DNA from: Podarcis tiliguerta
Taxonomy: Eukaryota
Length of the DNA stretch: 64,000 nucleotides
Reading direction: 5' to 3' (one strand)
Assembly (NCBI GenBank): GCA_965153285.1
Contig: OZ229116.1
This document shows positions 51,790 through 63,707 of the stretch, in pieces. Numbering within the stretch: the stretch's first letter is position 1; each line of letters opens with the position of its first letter. Below the pieces are notes generated by a model, which saw nothing but the letters and a program-made list of their open reading frames with translations, ran no database searches and was not told the DNA's origin. The position numbers and the translations under genes are program-made.

Positions 51790-53145
51790 CTGGAAAACAT
51801 AACATTCACCTTATCTGTTCTCTGCAGCTGGTCAGAATCTATACATTTAAACTACATGAAACTATATTTTGAATATTTTTTTTAAAAAAATATAGTAATC
51901 ATTCTGATTTGCAAACCAAACTGTACAAACCTACCAGTGTTAAACCATTTTACATCGAAAGATTAGCATCAAGAAAAGAATACTACTATTTTTAATACGG
52001 AATTTAGCCAACTGAAACCCCTCAGCATATGCACTAAATCTGTAGACAGAAAGAGTATTTTAATAATTTGGATAGATATATGAAAAGCATGCTGAATTAA
52101 TTACTATAATACATGTGGGGCATTTTTTTTAAAAAAAGTTACACTATTGGAAGAATAAGAAGAAAAAACTAAGAAAATTGTTTACTGTCAGATTGCAAGC
52201 CTTTTTTCACTAGAGCATGCTAAGGTTTCGGTGCACAGATATTTCCTAATTCCACAGGCTGCTTGTTATTGCTGCAAAATTTCACACAAGTATTGTCATA
52301 AACACAATAACTCCAGAAGGTGATAGTTAAAGTATAATTAATGTGAAATACAAAACATCAGCTTCTGGTTTCATAGTTATGAAATCCAGCTTCGTGTCTT
52401 AAGCTAACCACCATTATAAAATGATTAGAAAGGTAACCTTAAATATCTTCAGATTGTACCATAAGACTACATATTGCTCTCCAGAGACTATGAAGGTAAA
52501 CATTTGTATCAAACCTACAGATATTAGCAGAGGCATGTTCTTTGTCACACGGAGTATATTCTTCTTATTACAACTAATGCTGCTTTCTTCCAAGTGCAAA
52601 TTGCGGCAAAGCAATATCACTTCAAATCATCTCTTTTTTATTTGTATTATTATTACTACCACTAAAAACAGGTGACTAATCAGTAGCCCACTGGCCACAT
52701 TTGAGAATCCAATCTGTTTTTGTAGCCTGCCAAAATGTGTAATTTCAAAAAGCACGTTAAAAATATTAAAGATTTCTATTTACACACACACACACACAAT
52801 GCCATGGTGCCAATAGGCTTTTTGTGGGGCACCCCATGCCTCCCCATCTAAAAATTTTCCATTATTTTTTATTTTATTTGCTGGATGAGTAATGGAGTGA
52901 TAAAAATATTTTATTTAAAATTGTGTAGAATAGCTGATGGGAAAGACCTTTGGAAGCTTTGAGAATGGGAAGATGGAAGCTTACTGCTTCTAAGTGAGTT
53001 GTAATTCCTCTTAACTTTTCAGAAGGCAGGAAATTAGATCACCATTGCTGACAGCCTCTCCCTCTGCTGAACCTCAGTTGTGTTTCATGCCAATGCTGAG
53101 CATAATGTACAATAAAGGGAAGGAGAATGAAAGAAACAAAGAACA

Positions 53146-53391
53146 TGTTATGTACTGAAGTTCTCACCCTGGGCCAGCAGGGGGATACTGTAGATAGTTT
53201 TCACTCAGGTCCACGTCAGTTATTTTAGGCAGGAAACCCTGGGTTGTTGTTGCTACAATGTTGACAGCCGGCTGCCTATAAAAGCAGGCCGGCTGAGCTG
53301 TTTGCTGCTCAGTTCTGTTCCAGCTTACAAAATAAAGAGCTGCTTTGGAGAAATCGCTGTGTCGTCTGCCATGTCTACCCACTATTCAACA
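53146..53391 (+). mobile_element. Solo LTR of an LTR retrotransposon (246 bp)
   Basis: TGTT...AACA termini; perfect 5-bp TSD GAACA (53141-53145, 53392-53396); TATAAAA at 53277-53283 followed by AATAAA at 53331-53336. Confidence 0.75.
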
Positions 53392-54060
53392 GAACACCCC
53401 AGAACACAGACTCTGTAAGGAAGGGGGGAGTGCGGGGGGGGGGGGGAGTGCGGAGACCCAGTTAAGAGAAGAGTAGCATCTATATGTGATTAGTCGCAAC
53501 CACCTTGCAGAGTGTGGCCCTGGACACCACCAAGGGACTCAGCTCAGAATAATGTTCATGGTAAGTTCCCAACGCTGTGTTCTAAGATGAGCATGGGAGG
53601 TGCCTCAGTGAGATATACCCCAGCAAACCTCTGATAGGTGGCCGTGTATGGTCTACTACAGCAATTGTCTCCCAGAGATGTATGGTAGAAAAGGCAGGTG
53701 AGGATGTGGCTGCTCTAGTGGAATGTGCTGTTGGATAGTGACACTGAGGTATGCATTGGAAAGGGGCAAGTGGGTACTATTCCAGGCAATGCAGGAAATG
53801 AAACGGAGGTTCAGCAGAGGGAGGAGCTGCTGGCAAAAAGGAGTTAATCTCATTCTCTGCTTTCTAAGTGGTAGAAGGAACCCATTGACACCTCTAATTC
53901 TCAACTCAGAGTTGCAGTTATCCTCACACCCACTTTCACACTTCAGCCCTGCCCACTTTAAGATGCAGCCCCTGAAATGTTAATCATGAGTCAATGCCTA
54001 AAAGAGGTTCACCACCCCGATAAAAAAGAAGAGTAAAATGTTTCTACATGAGCACTAACA

Positions 54061-54093
<33 letters not shown>
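54061..54093. repeat. (AAT)11 microsatellite
   Basis: Direct reading; about 22 nt into the intron after the exon 27 donor. Confidence 0.95.
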
Positions 54094-54094
<1 letters not shown>

Positions 54095-54115
54095 CACATA
54101 AGGTGTGGTTGCTAC

Positions 54116-54230
54116 CTGTTTCTGTAGTGATCAATATTGAAGCTTTCTATTTTGCATTTGACTTTAGTGTAGACATCTTGTACATCTACTGAGGCACTGA
54201 GGTCTTCTAATTCACCAACAACACATATTT
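54116..54230 (-). CDS. VPS13B: VPS13B coding exon (exon 27 equivalent), 115 nt, phase 1/2
   Basis: (E)ICVVGELEDLSASVDVQDVYTKVKCKIESFNIDHYRN; acceptor attgcag|AA, donor AG|gtagca. Confidence 0.95.
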
Positions 54231-55297
54231 CTGCAATATAAATAAATATCCAATGAAAATAAGCCATGAGTTTGAACCCTTAAGAAGTTGTCATTTTATA
54301 TATGCATCGGCCACATTTTATTCGAAGTTCTCTACCCCAAAAATGAAGGCTTCCTATACAGCTATTGTAGGTATTCCATAAAAGGCGGCAAGTTGGATTG
54401 CAAAGGAATAGCTCTGCAGCTAATTCTGGCTGCTTGGCGCTTGACTGCACACCCTGCATTTAGCAGGGATCAGTTCATTTGGGGGCTTTCAACTGGGAAT
54501 TCCAAAGTGCAGCTGATCCATGCAGGGATTGCAGTCAGTGCTGATAAGCTTTTGCCAGGGATAGACTGAACTCTGGAGTTTCTGAGTGAGACCAACACGA
54601 GGGGAGCTTGCATTTGGTACCAAGTTTGAAGGGCGTCAAATACAAGCCCTGCTTGTCAAGGAACAACTGAGACCATACTTTGAGGCCTCCTTCTCTCTGC
54701 AGTGCCTTCTGCCCTCTGAAAAACTACTCCAGGTGGTTATGGAATTCAGTGGAGCATTATGGGAGGTGACACTGGAGGCAGGGGGGCTGTAATGGAAAAG
54801 TGGAATCTTAAAAGTCCTTATTCTGATAGGAGTCCCTGATTGATCTCAGATCTTTCTGTGAACACAAGGAGCCCTTCCATTTGTAGACAGGCAATTCTGG
54901 ATCCAACCCCAAATATATAAGCAATCTCCAATCAGACATAAAAAAGCAGCATTTGCCAAATAGTAATCTGTTGCAAAGGTTGGATGTATTGGCTGGAAAA
55001 AGAAGTTAGTCACAGATGCACTGGGAATGGAGAGTAGCAAGTTAAGATTTTAATCTTTCTGAGCTTATCTTAATATTTAAGTGGATGGGATTCTATATTT
55101 GTCTTGTCATTTTAACCATAATGTACCCTGAGCTTTTCTTGTTGAGTTTGACTTAAATATTCAAATAAATAAGTCTGAAGACTGTAGATTTAGGACTCCC
55201 AAATGCCATCTCTGTTAATACTAGAAGACTTGTTGGAGCAAAACTGCCAGTTAACTTCAAATTACTAGTTCTGTTTTATAAATTCTGTATGCAATAC

Positions 55298-55469
55298 CTG
55301 TTCCTTTACTTTCTGGATCTGGTGCAAATAACTTTACAGTGAGTTTTGGCAACATCCATTGCATCCATAAGCTAACACGTCCACTTGATACGCCAATATT
55401 GCTTGTTGTTTGTTCTAAGGTAACAGAATCTGAGAACGGAGAATCATCGCCACCTTGTAGAGATTCACC
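55298..55469 (-). CDS. VPS13B: VPS13B coding exon (exon 26 equivalent), 172 nt, phase 0/1
   Basis: Read manually: GESLQGGDDSPFSDSVTLEQTTSNIGVSSGRVSLWMQWMLPKLTVKLFAPDPESKGT; acceptor ttggcag|GGT, donor G|gtattg; not in the ORF track. Confidence 0.95.
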
Positions 55470-55789
55470 CTGCCAAGAAACCCAAACCCCAAAACATTAG
55501 TAGAAACCTAACATAAATGTATCATATTCAAATCCAATCTATATAAAATACATCTGTAATATGCTTTTCTGTATGATCTTGTTCATTTTTGTTGTGTTTA
55601 TATCTCTTTCTCCCGCTCCCTTAGATATAAAAAAAGACCATGGAAGATTCAACAGAATTACAATGCAGAGGCAGAAAAGAGTGGGATTTTGGCTGAGTAT
55701 GCCTGGTGGTGGTAATGGGCTGGATGAGACACAAGACACTGAAGTTGAATCCCAACAAGGCAAAGGTGTTGTGAGTTGATGGTTCTCAG

Positions 55790-56165
55790 GTCTAATAATT
55801 GAGTAAGTGGCCTGTTTTGGATGGGGTTGTATTTCTTTTGAGACAACAGGTACTTAGCTTCAGGGTACCCCCTGATCCTATTTTGTCAACGGAGTTTGAA
55901 GTAGTGTCAGTGTCATGGAGTGCCTATTCTGGTTCATCAGCTACTGCCATTCCTAGATGGAGAAACTCTGGCCACAGTAACCCATGCATTGGTGACCTCC
56001 TGGCAAGATTACTATAATGCACTCTAAACTGAGCTGCCCTTGAAGATGCTGTTGGTGCAAAATGCAACTGCTAGAATATTGTCAGGTTCAGTTGTCCAGA
56101 ACAATATAATACTACTTCTGAAGAGCTTGTACGGGCTGCCTACATGCTACTGAGCCCAATTCAAG
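55790..56165 (+). mobile_element. Degenerate L2 LINE ORF2 fragment
   Basis: LATVTHALVTS..DYYNAL..LPLK...VQNATARILSG; boundaries approximate. Confidence 0.7.
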
Positions 56166-56173
56166 ATATAGTG

Positions 56174-56444
56174 CAGGGATGTCCAAACGGTTGTTTAGTG
56201 AGAGATCCTTGTCTGCTGCAATGCTACGTCCGTCTGTTAGTGTCTGTACTGTTGGTGAGCGATTTAAAAAAAGGTACCCAACTTTGGGAAACTCCCCCCT
56301 AAAAAAAGCTCAACAACTTAGACCTGCTCCTCTAAAAATAGCTCAACAACTCTGAACTCCCTTCCCCTCAAAAATGGGTAGATCACTGCCACTCCCCCCC
56401 CCCCCGGGAGTAGATCACAGTCTCTTGGGAGTTGGACATCCCTG
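56174..56444. mobile_element. hAT-type non-autonomous DNA transposon
   Basis: TIR CAGGGATGTCCAA / TTGGACATCCCTG; perfect 8-bp TSD ATATAGTG. Confidence 0.88.
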
Positions 56445-56968
56445 ATATAGTGCTACTTAACAAGTCCCCCCCCTCCTTCCCACCACTATTTTGTAACTAA
56501 ACAACCTACATCCATCATTATATTTTCACCTTCTTGCATCAAGTTTTTCCTCAAAAAATTCATCTAAATTTCATACAAACTTTTGAAAACCAGTTACAAT
56601 GCATTTGACTTGGTCAGGCACAAAAGCACGTAACAGACAAATAAGTTGGGGTGAACACTAAAAATTAAAAGTGACGAAGAGTCAGAATCTCCCTCCTGCA
56701 AGAGGAATGTATGGATTTACCATGACAGAAGTAAACAAATGTATCTTATTAGGAGTCAAAGTATTACTTGTTTAGAACATGAAAACGTGTTCTCGGTTGG
56801 TCCAAAAGTGAAGTTCAAGTCAGTTTTGATGTTCTCTGGATAGGTTTGCTGCTCCCAAGTGATTTAATTTTAATAAAAGAATACTTTTCCATGTGCTTGA
56901 AAGCAGCAGCATTGCAGAACTTCTTTGTTGATCATTTTCAGAGTTATGTCTGCCAAACTATAGTTTAT

Positions 56969-56972
<4 letters not shown>

Positions 56973-57000
<28 letters not shown>
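56973..57000. repeat. (TA)14 microsatellite, left flank of the Penelope palindrome
   Basis: Direct reading. Confidence 0.95.
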
Positions 57001-57003
<3 letters not shown>

Positions 57004-57078
57004 TTTCGTAGATTTTCACGGGTACAGGAATGCAGGTTTTGGTGTCCTCGGGTGTCTTCCCGTGTAAAAGTTGGGGTG

Positions 57079-57125
57079 TCTAGGCGACGTTTCGACGAGG
57101 TCTCACTCGTCATCTTCAGGCTGGT
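57079..57125 (-). ncRNA. Minimal hammerhead ribozyme-like motif, mirror copy (same strand as the VPS13B pre-mRNA)
   Basis: Exact reverse complement of 57820-57866; core at 57086-57119. Confidence 0.65.
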
Positions 57126-57819
57126 GCTTTCGGCTTCTTGTTACTGGAACAGAGCAGGATCTCAGTGTTTGAGTTCCTATAAATACTGTTGAGGAGGTGT
57201 GGTGTATAGCCTCCAATGTTCTGGGCAGAGGGGAGGTTCCCAGGCTAGTGTGCCTTTTCTTCTTTTGTTCCTTAATTACTTGAGGGATATCTTGAGTGAT
57301 TTCTTGAGTGATTTCCTGAATCCCACTTAGGTGGGTCATTAGGTGTGGATTAGTTGCTAAAGCCTTCGTGTCTTGAACTCTTGAACTTTGTGAAGAGTTT
57401 TTCTGAGAAGATGGCTGTACAGCACTTGGTTGTGCTCTGGCTTGGCTTCGTGTATAGGGGCGAGCTGTGGTTTTGTCCAGCTCGCCCCTATACACGAAGC
57501 CAAGCCAGAGCACAACCAAGTGCTGTACAGCCATCTTCTCAGAAAAACTCTTCACAAAGTTCAAGAGTTCAAGACACGAAGGCTTTAGCAACTAATCCAC
57601 ACCTAATGACCCACCTAAGTGGGATTCAGGAAATCACTCAAGAAATCACTCAAGATATCCCTCAAGTAATTAAGGAACAAAAGAAGAAAAGGCACACTAG
57701 CCTGGGAACCTCCCCTCTGCCCAGAACATTGGAGGCTATACACCACACCTCCTCAACAGTATTTATAGGAACTCAAACACTGAGATCCTGCTCTGTTCCA
57801 GTAACAAGAAGCCGAAAGC

Positions 57820-57866
57820 ACCAGCCTGAAGATGACGAGTGAGACCTCGTCGAAACGTCGCCTAGA
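57820..57866 (+). ncRNA. Minimal hammerhead ribozyme-like motif (Penelope type), plus-strand copy
   Basis: CTGAAGA (57826-57832), T, stem II GACGAG/CTCGTC with loop TGAGAC, GAAA (57852-57855), CGTC; predicted cleavage after C57859; helix I is only about 2 bp. Confidence 0.65.
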
Positions 57867-57914
57867 CACCCCAACTTTTACACGGGAAGACACCCGAGGA
57901 CACCAAAACCTGCA

Positions 57915-57938
57915 TATATATATATATATATATATATA
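57915..57938. repeat. (TA)12 microsatellite, right flank of the Penelope palindrome
   Basis: Direct reading. Confidence 0.95.
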
Positions 57939-60900
57939 TGGCAGCAGCTGAGGAGGCTCCTACCCTCATCGCATATATATGATTTTTTTACTGACCTAAT
58001 TGCAAAAATGATTCATTTTCATGACAAAAGATCTATCCTAACAATAGTAAACAAAAAGTTATAGAAAGAAGAAAATAACAAGGTCATGGCAAGATTTGAT
58101 ATTTATAAATTGGATTTTAAAAAACCTTTTGCATTCAGCTGTTTCAGACTTTAATCTGAGATGTAGGACTTCCTTCCAGAGAAATCTGTTTTGTGTTTAG
58201 CAGTTGGAAGTTACAGATCTCTTTGCAATGTTTGAAGAAAAAAAACAAGTGTGGGAAAAGGCTTCAAAATATATTCTGAATATATTAGAAATTCAATCAC
58301 TCTCCACAGATAATCAACTGGTTATTAATTAGGACATAACTTCACCTGTGGTAGCATTAATTAAATCCATGGAGCCTAACATAAATTAAGCATTTCAGAA
58401 ATATTCAATCATTCTCTACAGAAGGAATGAGTATGTAATTATCTACCACATGTTTAACTTTCAAGGACTCAAATCTGTGTTCCAGTGAATACAATAGCAA
58501 ACCTAGCAAATTCTCAGAAGTACACTACAAATGTTATCTGAGCCGACAACACTTCTTAGGTAATAACTGCATGAAAATATCACATAATATCTCATTGTAT
58601 GAACCAAACATTACAGAAAATCTATCACAGATGCATGGGTCATCATGCCCTTGCTTCTGAAGTATACAGAAATGTAAATTGTTCAATGTTTTTCTCATTC
58701 CTTGTCAAATATAAGAAAAGGGAAAAATGCTCAAAGATGATTGCTCAAAACATCTCCCATTTTATGGCTTAATCCAAGTTGCGGGAAGAAATGAGCAACT
58801 GCTGGTGTGACTTTAGCTGAGAATGTAAACTGCATAGAAAACTGGTTGTGCAATTAAGACAACACAAGAAAAACTGCACAGAGAAGGATTTTAATGTCCT
58901 GATTAGAACTGTCTAAAATCATGTTTCACACAAACAGCTTTGCATGCAGTTCGTGTTTTCGGAGGCCATCATAACGATGGGTCCCATGATGGGCGCCAAA
59001 CTAGCTCTTCCAACCACAAAATTGAAAGCTGTCTAGACACTTTTGGACAGACTGGGGAATAATTTCTTGCTATAAATTCTAATACTATTTTTTAAAATAA
59101 ATTTCATTTTTTATTTTTGAAATATTAGGTTCCAATCAAAATGTTAGGAATAATGACAAGAAACATTTTTATTTCTCATTCCACTTTATTTTGAATTTCT
59201 AATCCCTCACATGCATACTTAAGTAAATCTATGCCTCAATTTTCCACTTTGCATCCAAATCCATAAAAATGCCAGAATCTAGAAGGCTGAACTATTTTCC
59301 CACCCCTCCTCATGCCAAGCCCTAAAGTACACAGTTTAATTCTTTTGCCGGTTCTTGCAAATTGACCCAAAATAGTGCGTTTATTTTTCTAGGAGAATTT
59401 ATCTTTATTCATCTGGAGGAACCAAACATATAGGACCTTCATCCTTGGCCCGCATTAAAGCTCAGGGATGATCAGAGTTTTGGGCAAATTACTGCTCTGC
59501 CTTATCAAAATAACTTCTGTGTTTCTGTTCAATCATACAGCTTCCCCAAGGACTAAACACTTCCTCAACTGTTTGTACTTAAGTAAACAGTAACAAGTGG
59601 CCTGTTGTACTCTATACTACCTTCGCTCCAATACAGGGGTGGTAAAAATGATTAACTGTTTCTAAGCTCTGGTGCTTAAGCCTCTCACTCATGTTTCCAT
59701 CTTAGCCACCACCCAGTTTGAAAGTCAGGAATCCTGATAGCTTTGCACACATAAGAGAGCAGCACTCCCTATCAACCTGTCAGCATGAAAAGAATTACTC
59801 ACAGCTTAAATGTATAAATCATCTATGGATAGTATAAATAAATACTTCATATGCTATTTAATACAAACAATTGTTGGAGTGGGTCATACCACCCCAACTC
59901 CCCCCCCCCCCGCCCCAGTTCATTTATGGAAAGACTTGTATACTTGAAAGAACTTTGAGGGGTGAAACATTTCAAAATAATCATTCTGGTCCAGAAGAGA
60001 AGTAGTATGCTTTAACTGTGAAATGTCTGAAGTCAAAAATTCATACAAAGGATGCAAGCGTATTTTTATTTGACAACGTTCAAGGCTTTAAACATAAATT
60101 GTACTGGATGTATAAACAAAACAGTAACAAATTTCAGAGCAGTCCCCCTTCCAACAATAATCTAAATATATCCAGGAAATGTTACACCGTACCATGTTCC
60201 AGTAATTGAAACATAGCTAAAATATTATAAACCCTGATGAAACAAACTCTTTTGAACTTAATGAGTTTACTATACTACTATTGTTCACAATACAGAGTAA
60301 AAGAAGAAGTTAATAATATCTGAGAAACTATATTCAGATCTCAGATGATCCCTGATTCAGAGATTTATGGTCTCTAAATCTAACCTATTTTCTCATGGAC
60401 TCATTTTCTTTAATAATTTCTGCAATCAAATTCTGAACCTCTGCTGTTGTTGCTCTTGTTGCCTCCCCAGTCTAAGAGCGATGTAGGTGCTATAAACACC
60501 TCAGGTAGGTGGTACAGTCCCAGTCAAGCACCATCGCAGCCTCTTCAAGGGGGCAGAATCTATTGGTGTCCCTAGCACTATTCTCCACCAAGTGAATCCT
60601 TTGAAAGTAAATCCTGGTCCATACCAAAAGATAACCCAAAAGGAACTTTTGGCGGAGTCAAGAAAGACCTTATCCCTTGTTTGGTTTTCCCATCAGCTAT
60701 CAACTAATATAGTTGCTCTAATGTAACCAGGAAAATGCTTCTCTAAGGAAGCAGGGGAAACGTTTATTCCTTGCTCCCTTTTTAAATAAAGCTACCACAT
60801 GCTGAAGCACCCTGGAATTAGAATGCCATGAGAGAGACTGAAACATAGCTTGCTAATATGGCCTACTCAAACAAATCATTACAAAACATAGTATATTTTT

Positions 60901-61093
60901 ACTATCAATTTGCAGAGCAATTGGCTAGGTGTTCATGGAAACCTATTGAGTCAGATCTGATGTTGGAAGAAAGCTAGCTGAAGCTAAAATGAGGTAATTT
61001 ATGAGTAACAAAGTATAATGGATAACTACCAAAATACAATAAAAATCGAGGTTGTTGGGTGGGTTTTTTACTTAAAGTAGAAATTGCCTAAAG

Positions 61094-61219
61094 CAGTTTT
61101 GCTGAACCTATGACCCTCCAGATGTTGTTGAACTCCAACTCTCTTCAATCCTGTGGGTCAGAAATGATGGGAACTGGAGTTCAACAACATCTAGGAGGGC
61201 CACAGATCCCCCAATCTCG
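61094..61219. mobile_element. hAT-like palindromic MITE abutting the assembly gap
   Basis: CCCTCCAGATGTTGTTGAACTCCA / TGGAGTTCAACAACATCTAGGAGGG inverted arms. Confidence 0.65.
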
Positions 61220-61377
61220 NNNNNNNNNNNNNNNNNNNNNNNNNNNNNNNNNNNNNNNNNNNNNNNNNNNNNNNNNNNNNNNNNNNNNNNNNNNNNNNNN
61301 NNNNNNNNNNNNNNNNNNNNNNNNNNNNNNNNNNNNNNNNNNNNNNNNNNNNNNNNNNNNNNNNNNNNNNNNNNNNN
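61220..61377. other. Assembly gap (158 N)
   Basis: Run of N. Confidence 1.
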
Positions 61378-62112
61378 GCATTCCTTTAGAATTTTGCTTT
61401 GTTTCCCCTGTGGGCAAAGCTTACAAATCACATATAGGTTTTGCCATTGGCTTAAGTAGGATAGTTAGATTGGACTTGGTTGAGTTAATATGAAAACAAA
61501 TGAGATGGTTATATATAGAGCCACCTAAAAGAGACAGGGAATGGCATTCTATCTGCAGCAGCCCAAGATGGCTCTTCATGTTTCAGGATGATAGTCAATA
61601 TAATTTGCAACTCTATCCAGAAAGTGCAAACTAAAAGCATGCTCCACTAGACAGTGGGAGCCAAGAGCAACGTGGCTGCTTCTTTCAGGCAGGAGCAAAA
61701 AGCTGATTGGGAGCTGCCCACATTCCCAAAGAGCTTCTTCTCTTGCCTCGTGACCAAACCAGTGACCTTATGATACCAAGAGGAGAACTGTGGTTAATCA
61801 AAGGCAGACGCAACAGCTTCCAATCTCCTCCTCGCTGCTGCACCTGGAGAGTAAGGAGGTGGGGAAGGGCAAGCCTAAGGCTCACTGCAGCTCATTTAAG
61901 TGACAATAAACTATGAACGCATTCATAATGTTCTTATTTGTATCACTTCTTTATGTCTTGTGAAGGTTTGATGTTGAGCATGATTCATTAAACCTCAATG
62001 AATATTTATCCATGTTCATTTATTTACATCTTTTATCCTATTGATTCCTATTTGGTCACTTGTTCAGCCTCTTTGCCAATTACCATAGCATGTCAATATA
62101 ATTTTTAATTAC

Positions 62113-62319
62113 CTCTGTAGTTGTCCCAATGTCAGCAGATGGGCTACATGTGCTGGTATCTGGTGGAGCTGTCCCAACACTGCTTTTGACAGGGGAGCCT
62201 GGAGGCGCAGGTCCCGAAGCGGATTCTGTATAGGCTGGAGGGTGGTGCAAAATACCCTTCTTCTGAATCTTATTCCAGACTTTGTTCATTATATCTGCTA
62301 GTTCATACAGAAGTTGCAC
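62113..62319 (-). CDS. VPS13B: VPS13B coding exon (human exon 25 equivalent), 207 nt, phase 0/0
   Basis: Translates VQLLYELADIMNKVWNKIQKKG...GTAPPDTSTCSPSADIGTTTE, matching remembered human VPS13B; acceptor tttaag|GTG, donor GAG|gtaatt. Confidence 0.95.
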
Positions 62320-63479
62320 CTTAAACGGGAAAAAGGTAATAAGGTTCAGCAAATCATTAAAACTTCAAGATTTTATAATGTAAAAATCCCAACCTCAGCA
62401 TTTTTGTTATGGTAAAAAGCATGTAACAAATGTAAAAGTACAGTATAAAAATGCAAGCCCTATGCAAGGTAGAGTTTTAATAAATACTTTTTTTAAAAAA
62501 ATACACTTTTTCACAAGCTCTTACAAATGATCATCCCATTCAGTGGACTCACAACAATCTCAAATTCTAAAAACAAAGGCAATATAGATTGCAAAATGTG
62601 AAATTATTTGTTCATGGTAGATATGAAGCTGTTCTCAGTATGCAGGGGAAAAAGTCTCTTGGAATGTGTCTTTTCAGTACTCACAAAACACTCTGTATAA
62701 CTGTGCATTGTCTGACTCAGTTCTAAGGTATTTACACAAGGCTTCACAAATAAGCATTAATCATAGAATCTGTATGACAACAGTTTGCCACATACTGTAT
62801 TTTAAAAAGAACAGGGAATCTGCAAACACAATACATAAGCAGATGCACAGCTGGACACCATACCCAGCCTGCCATTATTTGAGGGTGAGGGGAATCAAAA
62901 TGTTCATATATTATAAAGAAGCTTCAGCCTCGGGACATATCCAGAGAATGACGTTGGCTTCTAATGTGGGCAGAACAGATGCAGAAAAACACTGTTGTCA
63001 GTTTAAATTTGATAGAAAACAGGACTTAATTTTGTACATCTGAGAATATGATTTATCCTCAGGTTTTGGTTTCACTGTCTTTATATAGCTACAGCACTGG
63101 AGGTATTTGTTTTTTGTAAGAGCCCAAAATTCCTCTCAATTAATATTTTAATGTTTAATATTTAAATCAAACATTGATAGAAAGCAGTCCTCATGCAATT
63201 TGTCATACAGCTTTTTGTCAAGAGGGGTACTTTTTAAATTTATACATTTAACACTTTCAGTATTTACATAGGTAACTGTCATAAGTAAATTGATTATGGC
63301 ACATATGGATGGCAGTACAGCATAAATCTAATATTGTTAACACTGAAAAATATCTGACTTATTTCTAGTATACTTTGATAAGCTGATCAAGTGTCAATGA
63401 TTCATGCAAGCCCTCTCTCCCAGTCCCTGTGGAGTGAAAATACTTCCTGAAATTTCATTATTAGGCCACAGAAAAGATA

Positions 63480-63707
63480 CAGTGATACCTTGGTTCTCGA
63501 ATTTAACCTGTTCCAGAAGTCTGTTCAACTCTCAAAACGTTCAAAAACCAAGGCATGGCTTCCAATTGGCTTCACTCAAGCGGAAGCTGGGTCGGATGTT
63601 TGGCTTCTGAAAGATGTTCGAAAACCGGAACACTTACTTCCAGGTTTTAGGCATTCGGGAGCCAATTTGTTCATCAACTAAGCCGTTCGAGAACCAAGGT
63701 ACCACTG
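63480..63707. mobile_element. Tc1/mariner-type MITE related to 47417-47657
   Basis: TIR CAGTGATACCTTGGTTCTCGAA / TTCGAGAACCAAGGTACCACTG. Confidence 0.82.

Larger units (their letters stand above)
57001..57915. mobile_element. Penelope-like retroelement remnant: two inverted pLTR/3'-end copies forming a palindrome
   Basis: Arms 57030-57467 and 57478-57915 are reverse complements, shown by mirrored 162-aa ORFs; left copy has a 29-nt extra tail (57001-57029); hammerhead-like motif in each arm; flanked by (TA)n. Confidence 0.8.

Noticed and set aside
57103-57842. Two nearly identical 162-aa ORFs on opposite strands
   Set aside because: They result from the palindrome: both start at a non-ATG codon and cross the inversion junction. 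Only the distal half may be a remnant of the PLE ORF tail; not independent genes.
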